The translations under genes and the position numbers were made by a program. 32,193 bases of DNA from Chiloscyllium plagiosum. Taxonomy: Eukaryota. Of the stretch, positions 13,025 through 22,774 are shown piece by piece. The stretch spans positions 25,002 to 57,194 of the forward strand of contig NW_025215303.1 in assembly GCF_004010195.1 (NCBI RefSeq). The letters are read 5' to 3'. Below the pieces are notes generated by a model that saw only the letters and a program-made list of their open reading frames with translations, made no database searches and had not been told where the DNA came from. Each line of letters starts with the position of its first letter. Within the stretch, counting starts at the first letter, position 1.

Positions 13025-13502
13025 CATATCAATGTCAACAGCTTGGTTGAATAAATGATTGATAAGAAAATTCATGAGGGCTAACTTAACTGAATGGACA
13101 TGTGGGCAGTGTGGAATGTTCGGTTGTTTATTGTAAAATTGTGAACAGAATGCGCCTGGTCCTAGACATTTACTCATTAGTTAACTGTTACTGTGATATT
13201 TAGAATCATTTCCTTTGAGAGAATTTGTCCTTAATGTTCCCAGCTATTATAAAGAATCCGTTTCATAGAAACTGTGTTTCTGATGGTGGCAGTGATGTCT
13301 GAGGTGGGTTTCCATTCACCTTTGGGGCCTGGCTTTGAATACAGTCTGGAGACTAATTCGACCACAGACCCTGCTATTTGACAGCTTAAATCTTCCACGT
13401 GAAATGCGTTTCAGTGATGGAAATACAGTTCACTTGGGTCCTTAAAACACAACTTCCCCTGGTTTGGCACTAGATTCACCTTTTCGCACAGAAAGGTCAC
13501 GA

Positions 13503-14340
13503 GAATAAGACCATCAGAAATATGACCAAGAGTAGGCTATCAGCCCACCAAGCCTGCTCCACCATTCAATAGGATCATGGCTGATGTGACACTTCTCATA
13601 TCTACCTCCCTGTCCTTTCCCCATAGCCCTTAATTCCCCGATGGATCAAGAATCTATCTCAGCCTTACATATACACAAGGACTCTGCCCCCACAGCTCTC
13701 TGTGGTAAGGTGTTCCAAAGACTCACAACCCTCTGAGAGAAGAAATTCCTCCTCATCTCAGTCTGAACTTGGTGCCCCTTTATTCTGAGACTAAGCCCTC
13801 TGGTCCTAGACTCTCCAATGAGAAGAAACATCCTCTCAGCACTAACCCTATTAAAAGCCTTAATACTTCTTTATGTTTCAATGAGATCTCCTCTCATTCT
13901 TCTAAACTCCAATGAGTAGCATCCTAAATGATTTAGAACCCGACAGTACGGATGCAGGCCATTCGGCCCGTCAATGCCACACTAACCCTCCAAAGAGCAT
14001 CTCACCTAGATGCAGATCCCTGTCTGATCCAGTAACTCTGCATTTCCCCTGGCCAATCCACCTAACCTGCACATCTTTGGACTGCAGGAGGAAACCAGAG
14101 CACCTGGGTGAATCTCACACAGACATGGGGAGAACATGCAAACTCCACACAGACAGTCCCCCAAGGGGAGAATCAAATCTGGGTCCCTGGCACTGTGAGG
14201 CAGCAGTGCTAACCATTGAGTTACCATGCTATCCCATTTAGCATTTACTCATAATAAAATCCCTCCATACCATAGATCATCCTAGTGAACCTTTTTTGAA
14301 CTATCGGCAATGAAATAATATCTTGTCTGAAATGAGGGGA
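13503..14340 (-). mobile_element. CR1-type LINE 3' fragment (ORF2 C-terminus + 3' UTR), interrupted by a SINE
   Basis: ORF 13646-13831 GESRTRGLSLRIKG..TEMRRNFFSQRVVSLWNTLPQRAVGAESL..KAEID is a typical CR1 ORF2 C-terminus. The LINE sequence resumes after the SINE at about 14242. Confidence 0.85.
13937..14235 (-). mobile_element. tRNA-derived HE1-type shark SINE nested in CR1
   Basis: The reverse complement begins GGGATAGCATGGTAACTCAATGGTTAGCACTGCTGCCTCACAGTGCCAGGGACCCAGATTTGATTCTC (degenerate A/B boxes), followed by the conserved central body. Candidate TSD ATTTAG at 13931-13936 and 14236-14241. Confidence 0.85.
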
Positions 14341-14628
14341 TGTTATCCTGATCCAGGCAAGGCTGTAGCCTGAAGCTCAGATATATCACAGAGGATGGAT
14401 CACAAGCCTAGCTGCACAGAACAGATGAACGGGTCTTGCAGGCTAATGTGACTTGACTGTTTTCTTCCAATTATTACTAGCCTGGAGGGCAGCTTCCTCC
14501 TCACACTGGTATGAGTCTAGCAACATACAGAGGGATGATCTAAGTCTACATCATAGTCAGGTGAAGCAAAGAACAATAATCTTGTCAGGTATTCTGTTAC
14601 TTAGTAAGCTGACACTAGCAGGGTGACA
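14341..14628. mobile_element. Possible solo LTR
   Basis: Begins TGTTATCCTG and ends CAGGGTGACA (TG...CA, 8/10 inverted terminal match). No TSD found. Confidence 0.35.
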
Positions 14629-14715
14629 AATCAGCTATTATAGTGTGCAGTAAGCAGAAATATTAGGAATTACTTCTGACATGCTCAAATACAAGCTTGT
14701 GGTACAAGATACTTC

Positions 14716-14883
14716 TAGGAGAAAGTGAGGACTCCAGATTCTGGAGATCAGAGCTGAAAATGTGTTGCTGGAAAAGCGCAGCAGCATCCAAGGAGCAGGA
14801 GAAGGGCTCATGCCTGAAACGTCGATTCTCCTGCTCCTTTGATGCTGCCTGACCTGCTGCACTTTTCCAGCAACACATTTTCA
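14716..14883. mobile_element. Fold-back Penelope-like element terminus insertion with 14-bp TSD and partial hammerhead
   Basis: Inverted arms CTGAAAATGTGTTGCTGGAAAAG ... CTTTTCCAGCAACACATTTTCAG with a left tail. The centre holds AGAAGGGCTCATGCCTGAAACGTCGATTC (stem II + GAAAC, CTGA missing). Direct repeat GTACAAGATACTTC at 14702-14715 and 14884-14897. Confidence 0.85.
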
Positions 14884-14924
14884 GTACAAGATACTTCGTC
14901 AAGACATTCCATTGACTCAGACAT

Positions 14925-15146
14925 AGGGGGGATGGTTCACATGTGGATTGAACATCCCGAGGAAGTTCATGGTGGATGTGGGCACAGTTACATCTTTTAA
15001 AAGGCATCTTGGTAAGTACATGAATAGGAAAGATTTGGAAGGATATGGGCCAGGAGCAGGCAGGTGGGACTAGTGTAGTTTGGGATTATGTTTGGCACGG
15101 ACTGTTGGGACTAAAGCGTTTGTTTCCGTGCTGTGTGATTCTATGA
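14925..15146 (+). mobile_element. CR1-type LINE 3' end
   Basis: TTTAAAAGGCATCTTGGTAAGTACATGAATAGGAAAG..GGATATGGGCCAGGAGCAGGCAGGTGGGACTAG..GTTTCCGTGCTGTGTGATTCTATGA, the typical CR1 ORF2 end, 3' UTR and tail. Confidence 0.8.
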
Positions 15147-15639
15147 GCAGGTGGTAAGCTGTAGCACATTTCAGTAATCCACCCAAAATTAAAATGCCCC
15201 TCATCTTCTACACAAAGTTAGCAGCGTCCAAGCATCTCCCATGAGATACAACCAACTTTTTTTTTGCTCTAGATTGCTTCTCCCCGATAATGTGAACGAA
15301 TGGAAGAGTGGCTATGAATCTGAGATACCAATTGTTTGCGACTCCAGGAATAGAGCTCCTTATCATTGCCAACCCTGTCACTGTCAGGAAAAGAATTTGG
15401 ATGTGACTCCAAACTATTTCTGAGTTGGGATGTGATGTGGTGGGGGAGCGGTTTGATAGATGCTGGTGTATCAGCCCGCTTAGCCAGATCTGACCATTGA
15501 GTTGCCCTAACTGGCGGGTGGAAAGCTTGTGTTTTTACTTTGTGCCAATCAGTTTGACTAACGCTGCTACAAGTTCTAGGGTCTACGCTGGCACCCAAAC
15601 CAAGACGCATTATTTTTCTCATGAATAGTTGCTGGCGGT

Positions 15640-16390
15640 GTGGAAGTTGCGAATTACCGATAAAAAGCACATTGTTGAATCTTTTCAATTTGAATACATC
15701 AGGACTTTTGGCAATTATTCAAGAGGAAATCCAACATTTATACTGCACAAGGGGAGAGGACTAATTGGTTGGAAAGTGGACTCTGATTGGTACAGAGCAT
15801 TGCCATGGAGAATACACTCATTAATAGTGATTGACAGTTTAATGCAAGGCTTTGTTAAATTCTAAACCAGGCAAGTTGATCCTGATTGGTCAGGGCAATG
15901 CTCTGAGAAAATAACCAGCGAATGGCTGTCATCTATTTTGTAGATTTGAGAGATGGCACAGTGTGTGTACATGTTCTTTCTGTCTGTCGTCTTTATTAAT
16001 AAATGCAGCTTCCAGTACATAAAAGTGTGTTACACTGCAAGCCTGACAGACAATCTACAATTGGCTGTCAACGTAATGCCTCACACATTTAGGATTATCC
16101 AGCAAATGCTGTCCAGTTGCAGAGTTGCACCTAATGTCTGACACAGTGTTGCGAGGTTTGTATGTGTTGGTTAGGTATGATTAGTAGCTTGCTTGTTGCG
16201 AACAGCCAAAGAACTTGGAGACTTTTGGTCTGTAAACCTGGCACTGAACTGAAACTCATCTACCACATTATTCATTTGTGCAATGGGCAGAACACCTTTG
16301 TGGCTTGACAGCAGAATTCTATTACTGGTGACGACCACTTGTTTAACAGCTTCATCATCACATTGTGAAACAGAAAGCTTCATCTGGTGC
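15640..16390 (-). mobile_element. Degenerate Penelope-like element 3' part (GIY-YIG endonuclease remnant + pLTR)
   Basis: ORF 16171-16383 (..TSNRILLSSHKGVLPIAQMNNVVDEFQFSARF..) resembles the region leading into the PLE GIY-YIG motif (VVYEFQC..ARYVG). The downstream pLTR has CCAAT/TATA motifs and a decayed HHR (minus strand GTCCTGATGTATTCAAATTGAAAAGATTCAAC, 15674-15705). Confidence 0.65.
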
Positions 16391-16463
16391 TGAAGTCTTT
16401 AAGATAACTTACATGAGGGCTGACTGGGAACTATTCAGGACCAATAATAACTGCCTTTGGGTC

Positions 16464-16697
16464 TGAAATAACTCCATAGAGGTCGGTATAACATCAACTT
16501 GCCGCCCTGTATTCATGTGAAAAGTCCTTGACAATGATCCAGATCCCTCAGAACCAGCTCTCAGAGTGAGCAGAACCTCTGACCCTCCTGTTTATATCTG
16601 TCAGCCAAGGCTCCCTGATTGGGGCTGTTAATCTGGTCCAATCAGGAAACTCAGATTCTATGATGTCCACGTGGCTGACCTTGTTACAATCACCATA
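16464..16697 (-). mobile_element. Solo LTR of a Gypsy-type retrotransposon
   Basis: Homologous in reverse to the LTR at 23110-23245 (CACTCTGAGAGCTGG..CTGAGGGA..TGTCAAGGA..TGGAGTTA.TTCA). Flanks GGGTC / GGGTA give a 5-bp TSD with one mismatch. Confidence 0.75.
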
Positions 16698-16969
16698 GGG
16701 TATTTCATATGTTAGCGTGATCTGCAGTGAGAAATTATTTGATCAGGATGGCTATTATTCTACAGAATGAATGTTCCCACTTTTTGTTTAACCATCTGTG
16801 CTGACCTCTGAGTTCAATGAGCACTAGCAGCATCTAGAACTGAACACAGCAACACAGCTTAGAAGGAGCACTACACAGGATGACTTTGATGTGGCCTATT
16901 TCAGCATTCAGTTCACCTGATGAATGATTTATGAGTCTTCCAATAACACCAATCTCATAGCATGAGTTC

Positions 16970-17132
16970 TAAATCTGAGATAGATCATTTTGTTGTTAAG
17001 TAAAAACATTAAGGGATTTGGGCCAAAGGCATGTAAATGGAGTTAGGCCAAAGAGCAGGCGAGATCTCATTGAATGGCAGAACAGGCTTGAGGGGCTGAA
17101 TGGCCTACTCCTGTTCCTACATTCCTATATGT
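16970..17132 (+). mobile_element. CR1-type LINE 3' end
   Basis: GATCTCATTGAATGGCAGAACAGGCTTGAGGGGCTGAATGGCCTACTCCTGTTCCTACATTCCTATATG, a typical CR1 3' UTR and tail. Confidence 0.8.
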
Positions 17133-17192
17133 GGAAGTGGAAGGATCCCAATAATTATACTGAGCAGCATATGTGGACTATCGTAGAAACCC

Positions 17193-17390
17193 AAACAAAA
17201 ACAGAAATTGTTGGAAAAGCTCAGCAGGACTGGCAGCATCTGTGAAGAGAAATCAAAGTTCACATTTCAGGTCCAGTGACCCTTCCTCAGATTTCTCTCC
17301 CCAGACACTACCAGACCTGCTGAGCCTTTCCAGCAATTTCTCTTTTTATTTCTGATTTCCAACATCTGCAGTTCTTTCAGATTTTATGTG
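17193..17390. mobile_element. Older fold-back Penelope-like terminus insertion (related subfamily) with 10-bp TSD and decayed hammerhead
   Basis: Inverted arms AGAAATTGTTGGAAAAGCTCAGCAGG / CCTGCTGAGCCTTTCCAGCAATTTCT. Minus strand reads CTGAGGAAGGGTCACTGGACCTGAAATGTG (17290 down to about 17261). Direct repeat GTAGAAACCC at 17183-17192 and 17391-17400. Confidence 0.75.
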
Positions 17391-17849
17391 GTAGAAACCC
17401 CTTTTCTCATCTAGGACATCGAGGGAATGGAGTTTATTTGACTGCTCCATTTCAAATGTGAATTTGAGTGCGAGCTGGAGACTGTTAAGACACGTAGGAA
17501 ATTCTCACATGTGGTCACAGATTCAACTTCGGCAAATTGGGAATATGCAAGGAATAGAAGGTTAGATGTATTCCATGTAAGCCACATTTCTCATGGAATC
17601 AAAGAATGAAATTTGTAAGTGCAGGGTCAGTGGGGATTCCCTGGCAATTTCATTGTTTTAGACATACATGATGTTGCTAAAGTTGAACTCAACTGTTTGA
17701 GTTCCTGAGTCCAGAAGATCAATGAATACTGATTCATATAATGGTAGCAGGCCGAGGTGGTGCAATGCTGCAGTGCAGACATCTGTTTCTTCTTGAAGTG
17801 ATGAATCAGCTCACCATATCAAATAAGCACATAGACACTATATTGTCAT

Positions 17850-18135
17850 GTTGACAACTGATTTAAGATTGTCAGTCAGGCAACTGTCAGGGCAATGCCC
17901 TGTCTAATCAATGTCAACCAGCCTGTTTTAAAACTTAACAAAGCCTGGCTGTTAACTGTCAATCAACATTACTGGATGCATTCTCCAACACAATGCGTTT
18001 ACCAATCAGAATCCACTTGCAACCAATCAGCACCTCACTCAATGCAGTATAAATGTTTGCTTTAATCACATGAAATCTTGCAAAATGATTTCAAGATGAA
18101 CACCTTTGACAATGTGTGTCTTGTTCAGCAATTTT
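17850..18135 (+). mobile_element. Penelope-like pLTR fragment, same family as 15640-16070 but opposite strand
   Basis: TTGACAACTGATTTAAGATTGTCAGTCAGGC resembles the reverse complement of 16041-16070. CCAAT at 18002 and 18023 and TATAAA at 18048 mirror the motifs at 15730-15800. Confidence 0.6.
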
Positions 18136-18311
18136 TCTTATTTTCAAATAACAAGAAAAAATAATGGTATGCCTCATTTACTAAAGGTTCACTCTCTATT
18201 TCTCCATTTGGATTCAACTTTGTTGTTTTCATCCAGAGTCTCTGCTTTGCTTTGACAGCAAATGTATTCGAGTTGGCACTATGTACAGGGATTCAGGAGC
18301 AGAGTGTCATT

Positions 18312-18496
18312 TTAGAGAAGCCCGACAATGTGGAAATAGGCTATTTGGCCCATCCAGTCCACATTTTTCCTCCAAAGAGCATCCCACCCAGACTCACCCC
18401 CTACCCTATGCCTGTAACTCTGCATTTCCCATGACAAATCTACCTGGCCTGCACATCCCCGGATACTATGGGAAATTTAGAATGGCTAATCCACAA
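18312..18496 (-). mobile_element. 5'-truncated HE1-type SINE
   Basis: CCTCCAAAGAGCATCCCACCCAGAC..CCTGTAACTCTGCATTTCCCATG..CCTGCACATCCCCGG..ATGGCTAATCCAC matches the 3' half of the SINEs at 13937 and 22066. Confidence 0.75.
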
Positions 18497-18659
18497 TTTA
18501 GTTGAGCATTGACAGAGTAAGGTGCAGTCCAAGTCATAGGCGATGTAAAGCTTCATTAAGTCATTGAGTAATACAACACTGAAGGAGGCCATTTGACCTA
18601 TTCCTCCAGTGTCAGCTCTTTGATAGTGAAAAAGTTTATCAAAGGTAATAAAGAGATCT

Positions 18660-19050
18660 TGAATTAATTGGGTCAATGGGCTAAACAGTGGCAGATGGAG
18701 TTTAATTTGGATATATACAAGGTATTGAATTTTGATAAATCATCAAGATCAGGACTTATACAATTAAAAGTAGGGCCTTGGGTAGTGTTGTAGAACAGAG
18801 ACCGAGGGATTCAGGTACATAATTCTTTGAAGTTTGTGTCACATATAGACAGGATGGTTAAGCAGGCTTGCCTTCATTGCTCAGACCTTTGAGTATAGAA
18901 AACATGGGCTGCATTTCTGTACTTAACGAGAATTGCTGTTCTATCACAAATGCATGGGCCAAGTGCAGGGAAATGTGATTAGCCTGGACGAACATTTTGG
19001 ACCAATTTGGGCCAGGGCCTTTCTCCGTGCTATAGGACTCTATGACTTTG
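18660..19050 (+). mobile_element. CR1 LINE RT fragment plus 3' end
   Basis: Translates with frameshifts to LGQWAKQWQMEFNLD..RALGSVVEQR..GIQVHNSLKFVSHIDRMVKQA, typical CR1 RT. The 3' tail TCCGTGCTATAGGACTCTATGACT lies at about 19024-19047. Confidence 0.8.
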
Positions 19051-19784
19051 AATAGAATCTGTGAACTGTCAATAATGACCACTAAATGTTAAAGCTCTAA
19101 CATCCTTGTAAAAACCCCGACACATAAATATAGACAGACACAGGAAAACAAAACATTGGTGTTACGAGTGGAGAGAAAGAAATTAATTTGGAAGCAGTTC
19201 AATGGCACTAGTCCTCAGGATCCAATGGAGGGTTTCTTTTGGTCTCAACATCCTTTATTTCCTTCACCTTTCCACAGGAAACACAGGGCAACTGGTTCAC
19301 AAACTATAAATTCTTTGACATATTAGTTAAAACCAATAGAAATCAGTGGAGGGGAAAGCAACTGTCTTCAAATACTGTCAAATCGTTTCCTAGAGAGAAA
19401 GAGAGATACCATCTCTGCTTCTAGAGATCCAAAGCCTTCTTAAAATAACAATCACACCTACAAGCTGTTCAACTGCCAAGGAAGCAAGTAAAGAGCTGTC
19501 TTCAGGTTGATGACCTTTGACATCCACAACCCATCACAACTCCACAAACCAATCAGCAACCCGTTACCGGCCGAATCCCACTTTGTATAGACCCTGTGGT
19601 GCTGTGCCATCTATAATATACTTTCCCCAAATGCTTTCAAAGTAGCTGTGTACAATGACTTACAATGATTTTTAGTGACTTTGTTTTTTAAAAGAGTAGC
19701 ATTTCCTTCCATTGGTTTTAAAACAGTTCTTTTCCAATTTCAAGCCACAATAAAAAATAAAGTAAAAATATAATCTATACACCT

Positions 19785-20640
19785 TTAATGTGGTACCTTG
19801 TCATACGCCTTCTGGAAATGCATGTACAGTATATTAACATGCTCCCTTTCATTGACAGTGCTCATTACCTCTTCAAAGAATAACCATAAATTGGTTAAAC
19901 ATGATTCACCTCTAGTGTGAAGCTATGCCAACTCTTCACGAATTGCTTGAATTTTTCTAAGAGTGCAGTTATAACATCTTTCATGATCAATTCTAACACC
20001 TTCCTCATAACAGACAACAAGCTAACTGGCTGAAAATTTTATGTTCGCTTCCTCACTCCCTTCTCGAGATGATTTGTTAATTTCCAGACTGATTGAATCT
20101 TTTCTGAAACTAGAGAAATTTGGAAAGTTAACACCAACACGTCTACAGCATCATTAGGACCCTAGGATGAATCCATAAATCCATCAGTTTGTTTAGTATT
20201 ACTTTCCTCATGCTTGTAAATTCAGTAAATCCTTTATTCCTTCATTTATTTGTTTTTTTGCATCTGCAATAGTGAAGACTTTAACACATTTTTGTTCATT
20301 TCATCTGTCACTTCCTTATTATCTATTACTTAATGTCCCATTCTCACTCTACTGAGGACCAACACATACTTTACTTACCCCTTTTTTAAAATACCTTCAG
20401 AAACTCTTGCTATCCACCATTACATTTCTAGCAAGCTTTCTCTCATACCACAAGTTCTGTTTCCTGTCTACTTTTACACATTTTCTGCCATTCTTCTTAT
20501 TCTAAGTAATCATTTGACCTGCTCCTCATCTTTGTGCAATCATTTGCATTTTCTTTAAGTTTGGTGTTTTCCTTAATTTCTTTGGTTAACCAGAGATTCT
20601 GGGTCATCCCCTTAGAATTCTTCTTCATAGTCGGAAAATA
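19785..20640 (-). mobile_element. Old degenerate CR1 LINE ORF2 fragment (insertion target of the PLE composite)
   Basis: The minus strand near 19980-20040 reads NFQPVSLLSVMRKVLELIMKD, a relic of NYRPVSLTSVVGKLLE. A relic of FQKAFDKV (FQKAYDKVPH) lies near 19790-19820. Confidence 0.7.
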
Positions 20641-20728
20641 CTTTTTCTGATGTTCAAAGTTTGTGCGAAGATTTGTAGCTCGGGTGCTCGTTGTTGTGGT
20701 TCTGTTCGCCGAGCTGGAAGTTTTTGTT

Positions 20729-20768
20729 GCAAACGTTTGGTCCCCTGGCTAGGCGACATCATCAGTGC
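20729..20768 (-). ncRNA. Minimal type I hammerhead ribozyme motif, G12>C variant (probably inactive)
   Basis: Minus strand GCA-CUGAUGA-U-GUCGCCU-AGCC-AGGGGAC-CAAAC-GUU-UGC. Stem I is GCA/UGC, stem II is GUC.CCU/AGG.GAC, stem III is the palindromic ACGU. Confidence 0.6.
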
Positions 20769-20814
20769 TTGGGAGCCTCCTGCGAAGCGCTTCTTTGATG
20801 TTTTCTCCGGTGTT

Positions 20815-21118
20815 ACAGCGCAGTACAGGCCCTTGGGCCCTCGATGTTGCGCCGATCCAAGCCCACCTAAACTACACTAACCCACTATCCTCCATATACC
20901 TATCCAATGCCCTCTTAAATGCCCATAAAGAGGGAGAGCCCACCACTGTTACTGGCAGGGCATCCCATGAACTAACGACTCGCTGAGTGAAGAACCTACC
21001 CCTAACATCAGTCCTATATCTACCCCCCCTTAATTTAAAGCTATGCCCCCTTGTAATACCCGACTCAATACGCGGGAAAAGGTTCATACTGTCGACCCTA
21101 TCTAACCCCCTAATCATC
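20815..21118 (-). mobile_element. CR1 LINE 3' fragment lacking its simple-repeat tail, inside the PLE composite
   Basis: ORF 20872-21264 includes MIRGLDRVDSMNLFPRIESGITRGHSFKLRGGRYRTDVRGRFFTQRVVSSWDALPVTVVGSPSLWAFKRALDRYM, an uninterrupted CR1 ORF2 C-terminus. Confidence 0.9.
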
Positions 21119-21260
21119 TCCATCAACAAACACATCGACCTGGACCCAATATACCAACCACTACAGCGGACAGCTGAAACTGACAACTGGAAGCGGCAGG
21201 GACAGGCCACTATAAACACCGGAGGAAACATCAAAGAAGCGCTTCGCAGGAGGCTCCCAA

Positions 21261-21300
21261 GCACTGATGATGTCGCCTAGCCAGGGGACCAAACGTTTGC
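21261..21300 (+). ncRNA. Minimal type I hammerhead ribozyme motif, G12>C variant (probably inactive)
   Basis: GCACTGATGATGTCGCCTAGCCAGGGGACCAAACGTTTGC, with CTGATGA at 21264-21270 and C at 21290 in place of the conserved G of GAAA. Confidence 0.6.
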
Positions 21301-22065
21301 GACAAAAACTTCCAGCTCGGCGAACAGAACCACAACTTTTTCTGATGATTCTGCAAAGTGTTAATGGAGCCTCTAATTTTAATGAGATCACTGATTAACA
21401 ATCATAAATCAGGAACAGGACAATCACAACTGTTTTCATTTTTTTTCTCTCAATCCCACCTGATGTGAGCTACCGGGAGATGAAGATTAGACACTGGTCT
21501 CCTTGTTAAAGTGGGGAGAGTTAGAGCAATGTAATATGAATCCAGCTACTGTATCATCCAATCTCCTCCTGCCATCCAACGTTAGTTAAATTGTCCTGCT
21601 GCAGTGTGTAAACATTGATCATTAACCCCAGTAGAAAATGCGCTAACCGGGTGGTTGAAATGCTGAGGTCGCAGCTGACCGTGTAATCTCGGTATATAGT
21701 TAGAGCATTACTCGGTATATAGTTAGAGCCTTCTCTGCTATCCTCTCTGTGGTAGGCCTCCAAGAGCCATTTGTCTGATAGGTCCTGAGTACGCAGCAGA
21801 TGAGATCAGACAGCCAGTGATAAATGGTGCAGGCAATCCAACAGAGAAACATCTTTTCCGTGAATTGAGCTGTAAATTACCACTGACAGCTTGACTGTCT
21901 GGGTTTGTGATTAAAAAGCAGTGTGACAGGGGACAGATGAAGAGCTGAACATTGCCCATTGAACAGTACACAGGCGCAGAAACACCTCACACAGAGTTAG
22001 TACTGATACAGAGACAGCGCAAACAAATATGCACAGAGGCACAGAAGTACTGCGCATGCACTTGT

Positions 22066-22386
22066 GCGGTACAGTGGCTCAGTGGTTAGCACTGCTGCCT
22101 CATAGCACCAGGGACTCTGGTTCGATTCCAGTCTCGGGTGATTGTGCGAAGTTTGTGCGTTCTCCCCGTGTCTGTGTGGGTTTTCTCCCAGTGCTCCAGT
22201 TCCCTCCCACAATTCAAAGATGTGTAGGTTAGGTGAATTGGCCATGCTAAATTGCCCATAGTGTTCAGGGATGTGTAAGTTAGGTGCGTTAGTCAGGGGT
22301 AAATGTAGAGTAATACAGTCGGAGAATTGTTCTGGGAGGGTCTATTTGGGCCAAATGGCCTGTTTCCACACTGTAGGGATTCTATG
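22066..22386 (+). mobile_element. Near full-length HE1-type tRNA-derived SINE
   Basis: A box TGGCTCAGTGG (22075-22085), B box GGTTCGATTCC (22119-22129), conserved body GTTTGTGCGTTCTCCCCGTGTCTGTGTGGGTTTTCTCC, and LINE-like tail GGCCTGTTTCCACACTGTAGGGATTCTATG. Confidence 0.9.
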
Positions 22387-22698
22387 TACACAGATCCTGA
22401 AAGCTCACAAGGAAACATCTCATACACAAATTCAGAGACACAGATACACTACACACATATGCAGACACATGGATGAAAAGTCCTGCTCAACAGTATTATA
22501 ACATCATTGGCAGACAGTTGGCTTGCAACAGATTGCTGCTGTTGGGCCATTGTTTTTGCCACTGAATTTGGAGGATCACAAGTAGCATTCTCAAATACTT
22601 TGAGGTGCATCCTATGGGCCATCTTAGAAACTGAACAATATCGAGTTTGGAGTCACTGCTGCCCAGTAAATAGTGATTGTAGTCTTAAATTTGAAAAG

Positions 22699-22774
22699 CA
22701 CACATACGCACACACACACACACACAAACACGCATGTACACAGGCGCACATACTCATTCTCACACACACACACT
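22699..22774. repeat. Imperfect (CA)n microsatellite
   Basis: CACACATACGCACACACACACACACAAACACGCATG..CACACACACACAC. Confidence 0.85.

Larger units (their letters stand above)
20653..21334. mobile_element. Composite insertion: inverted Penelope-like pLTR + CR1 3' fragment + Penelope-like 3' end, flanked by a 13-bp TSD
   Basis: Direct repeat ACTTTTTCTGATG at 20640-20652 and 21335-21347. The 122-bp inverted arms at 20693-20814 and 21215-21336 differ at 2 positions. The plus strand from about 21119 encodes SINKHIDLDPIYQPL, a PLE ORF C-terminus. Confidence 0.85.

Noticed and set aside
15241..15423. Short Cys-containing ORF after a strong acceptor-like site
   Set aside because: No recognisable homology, and its open frame does not join in phase with a stop-free frame of the stub ending at the 12052 donor. 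Kept only as a candidate acceptor.
20872..21264. 130-aa ORF as a real gene
   Set aside because: It is a chance in-frame fusion of antisense PLE sequence with the CR1 ORF2 C-terminus.
22066..22135. tRNA gene
   Set aside because: The A and B boxes belong to a SINE head that continues into the SINE body; there is no acceptor stem or terminator.
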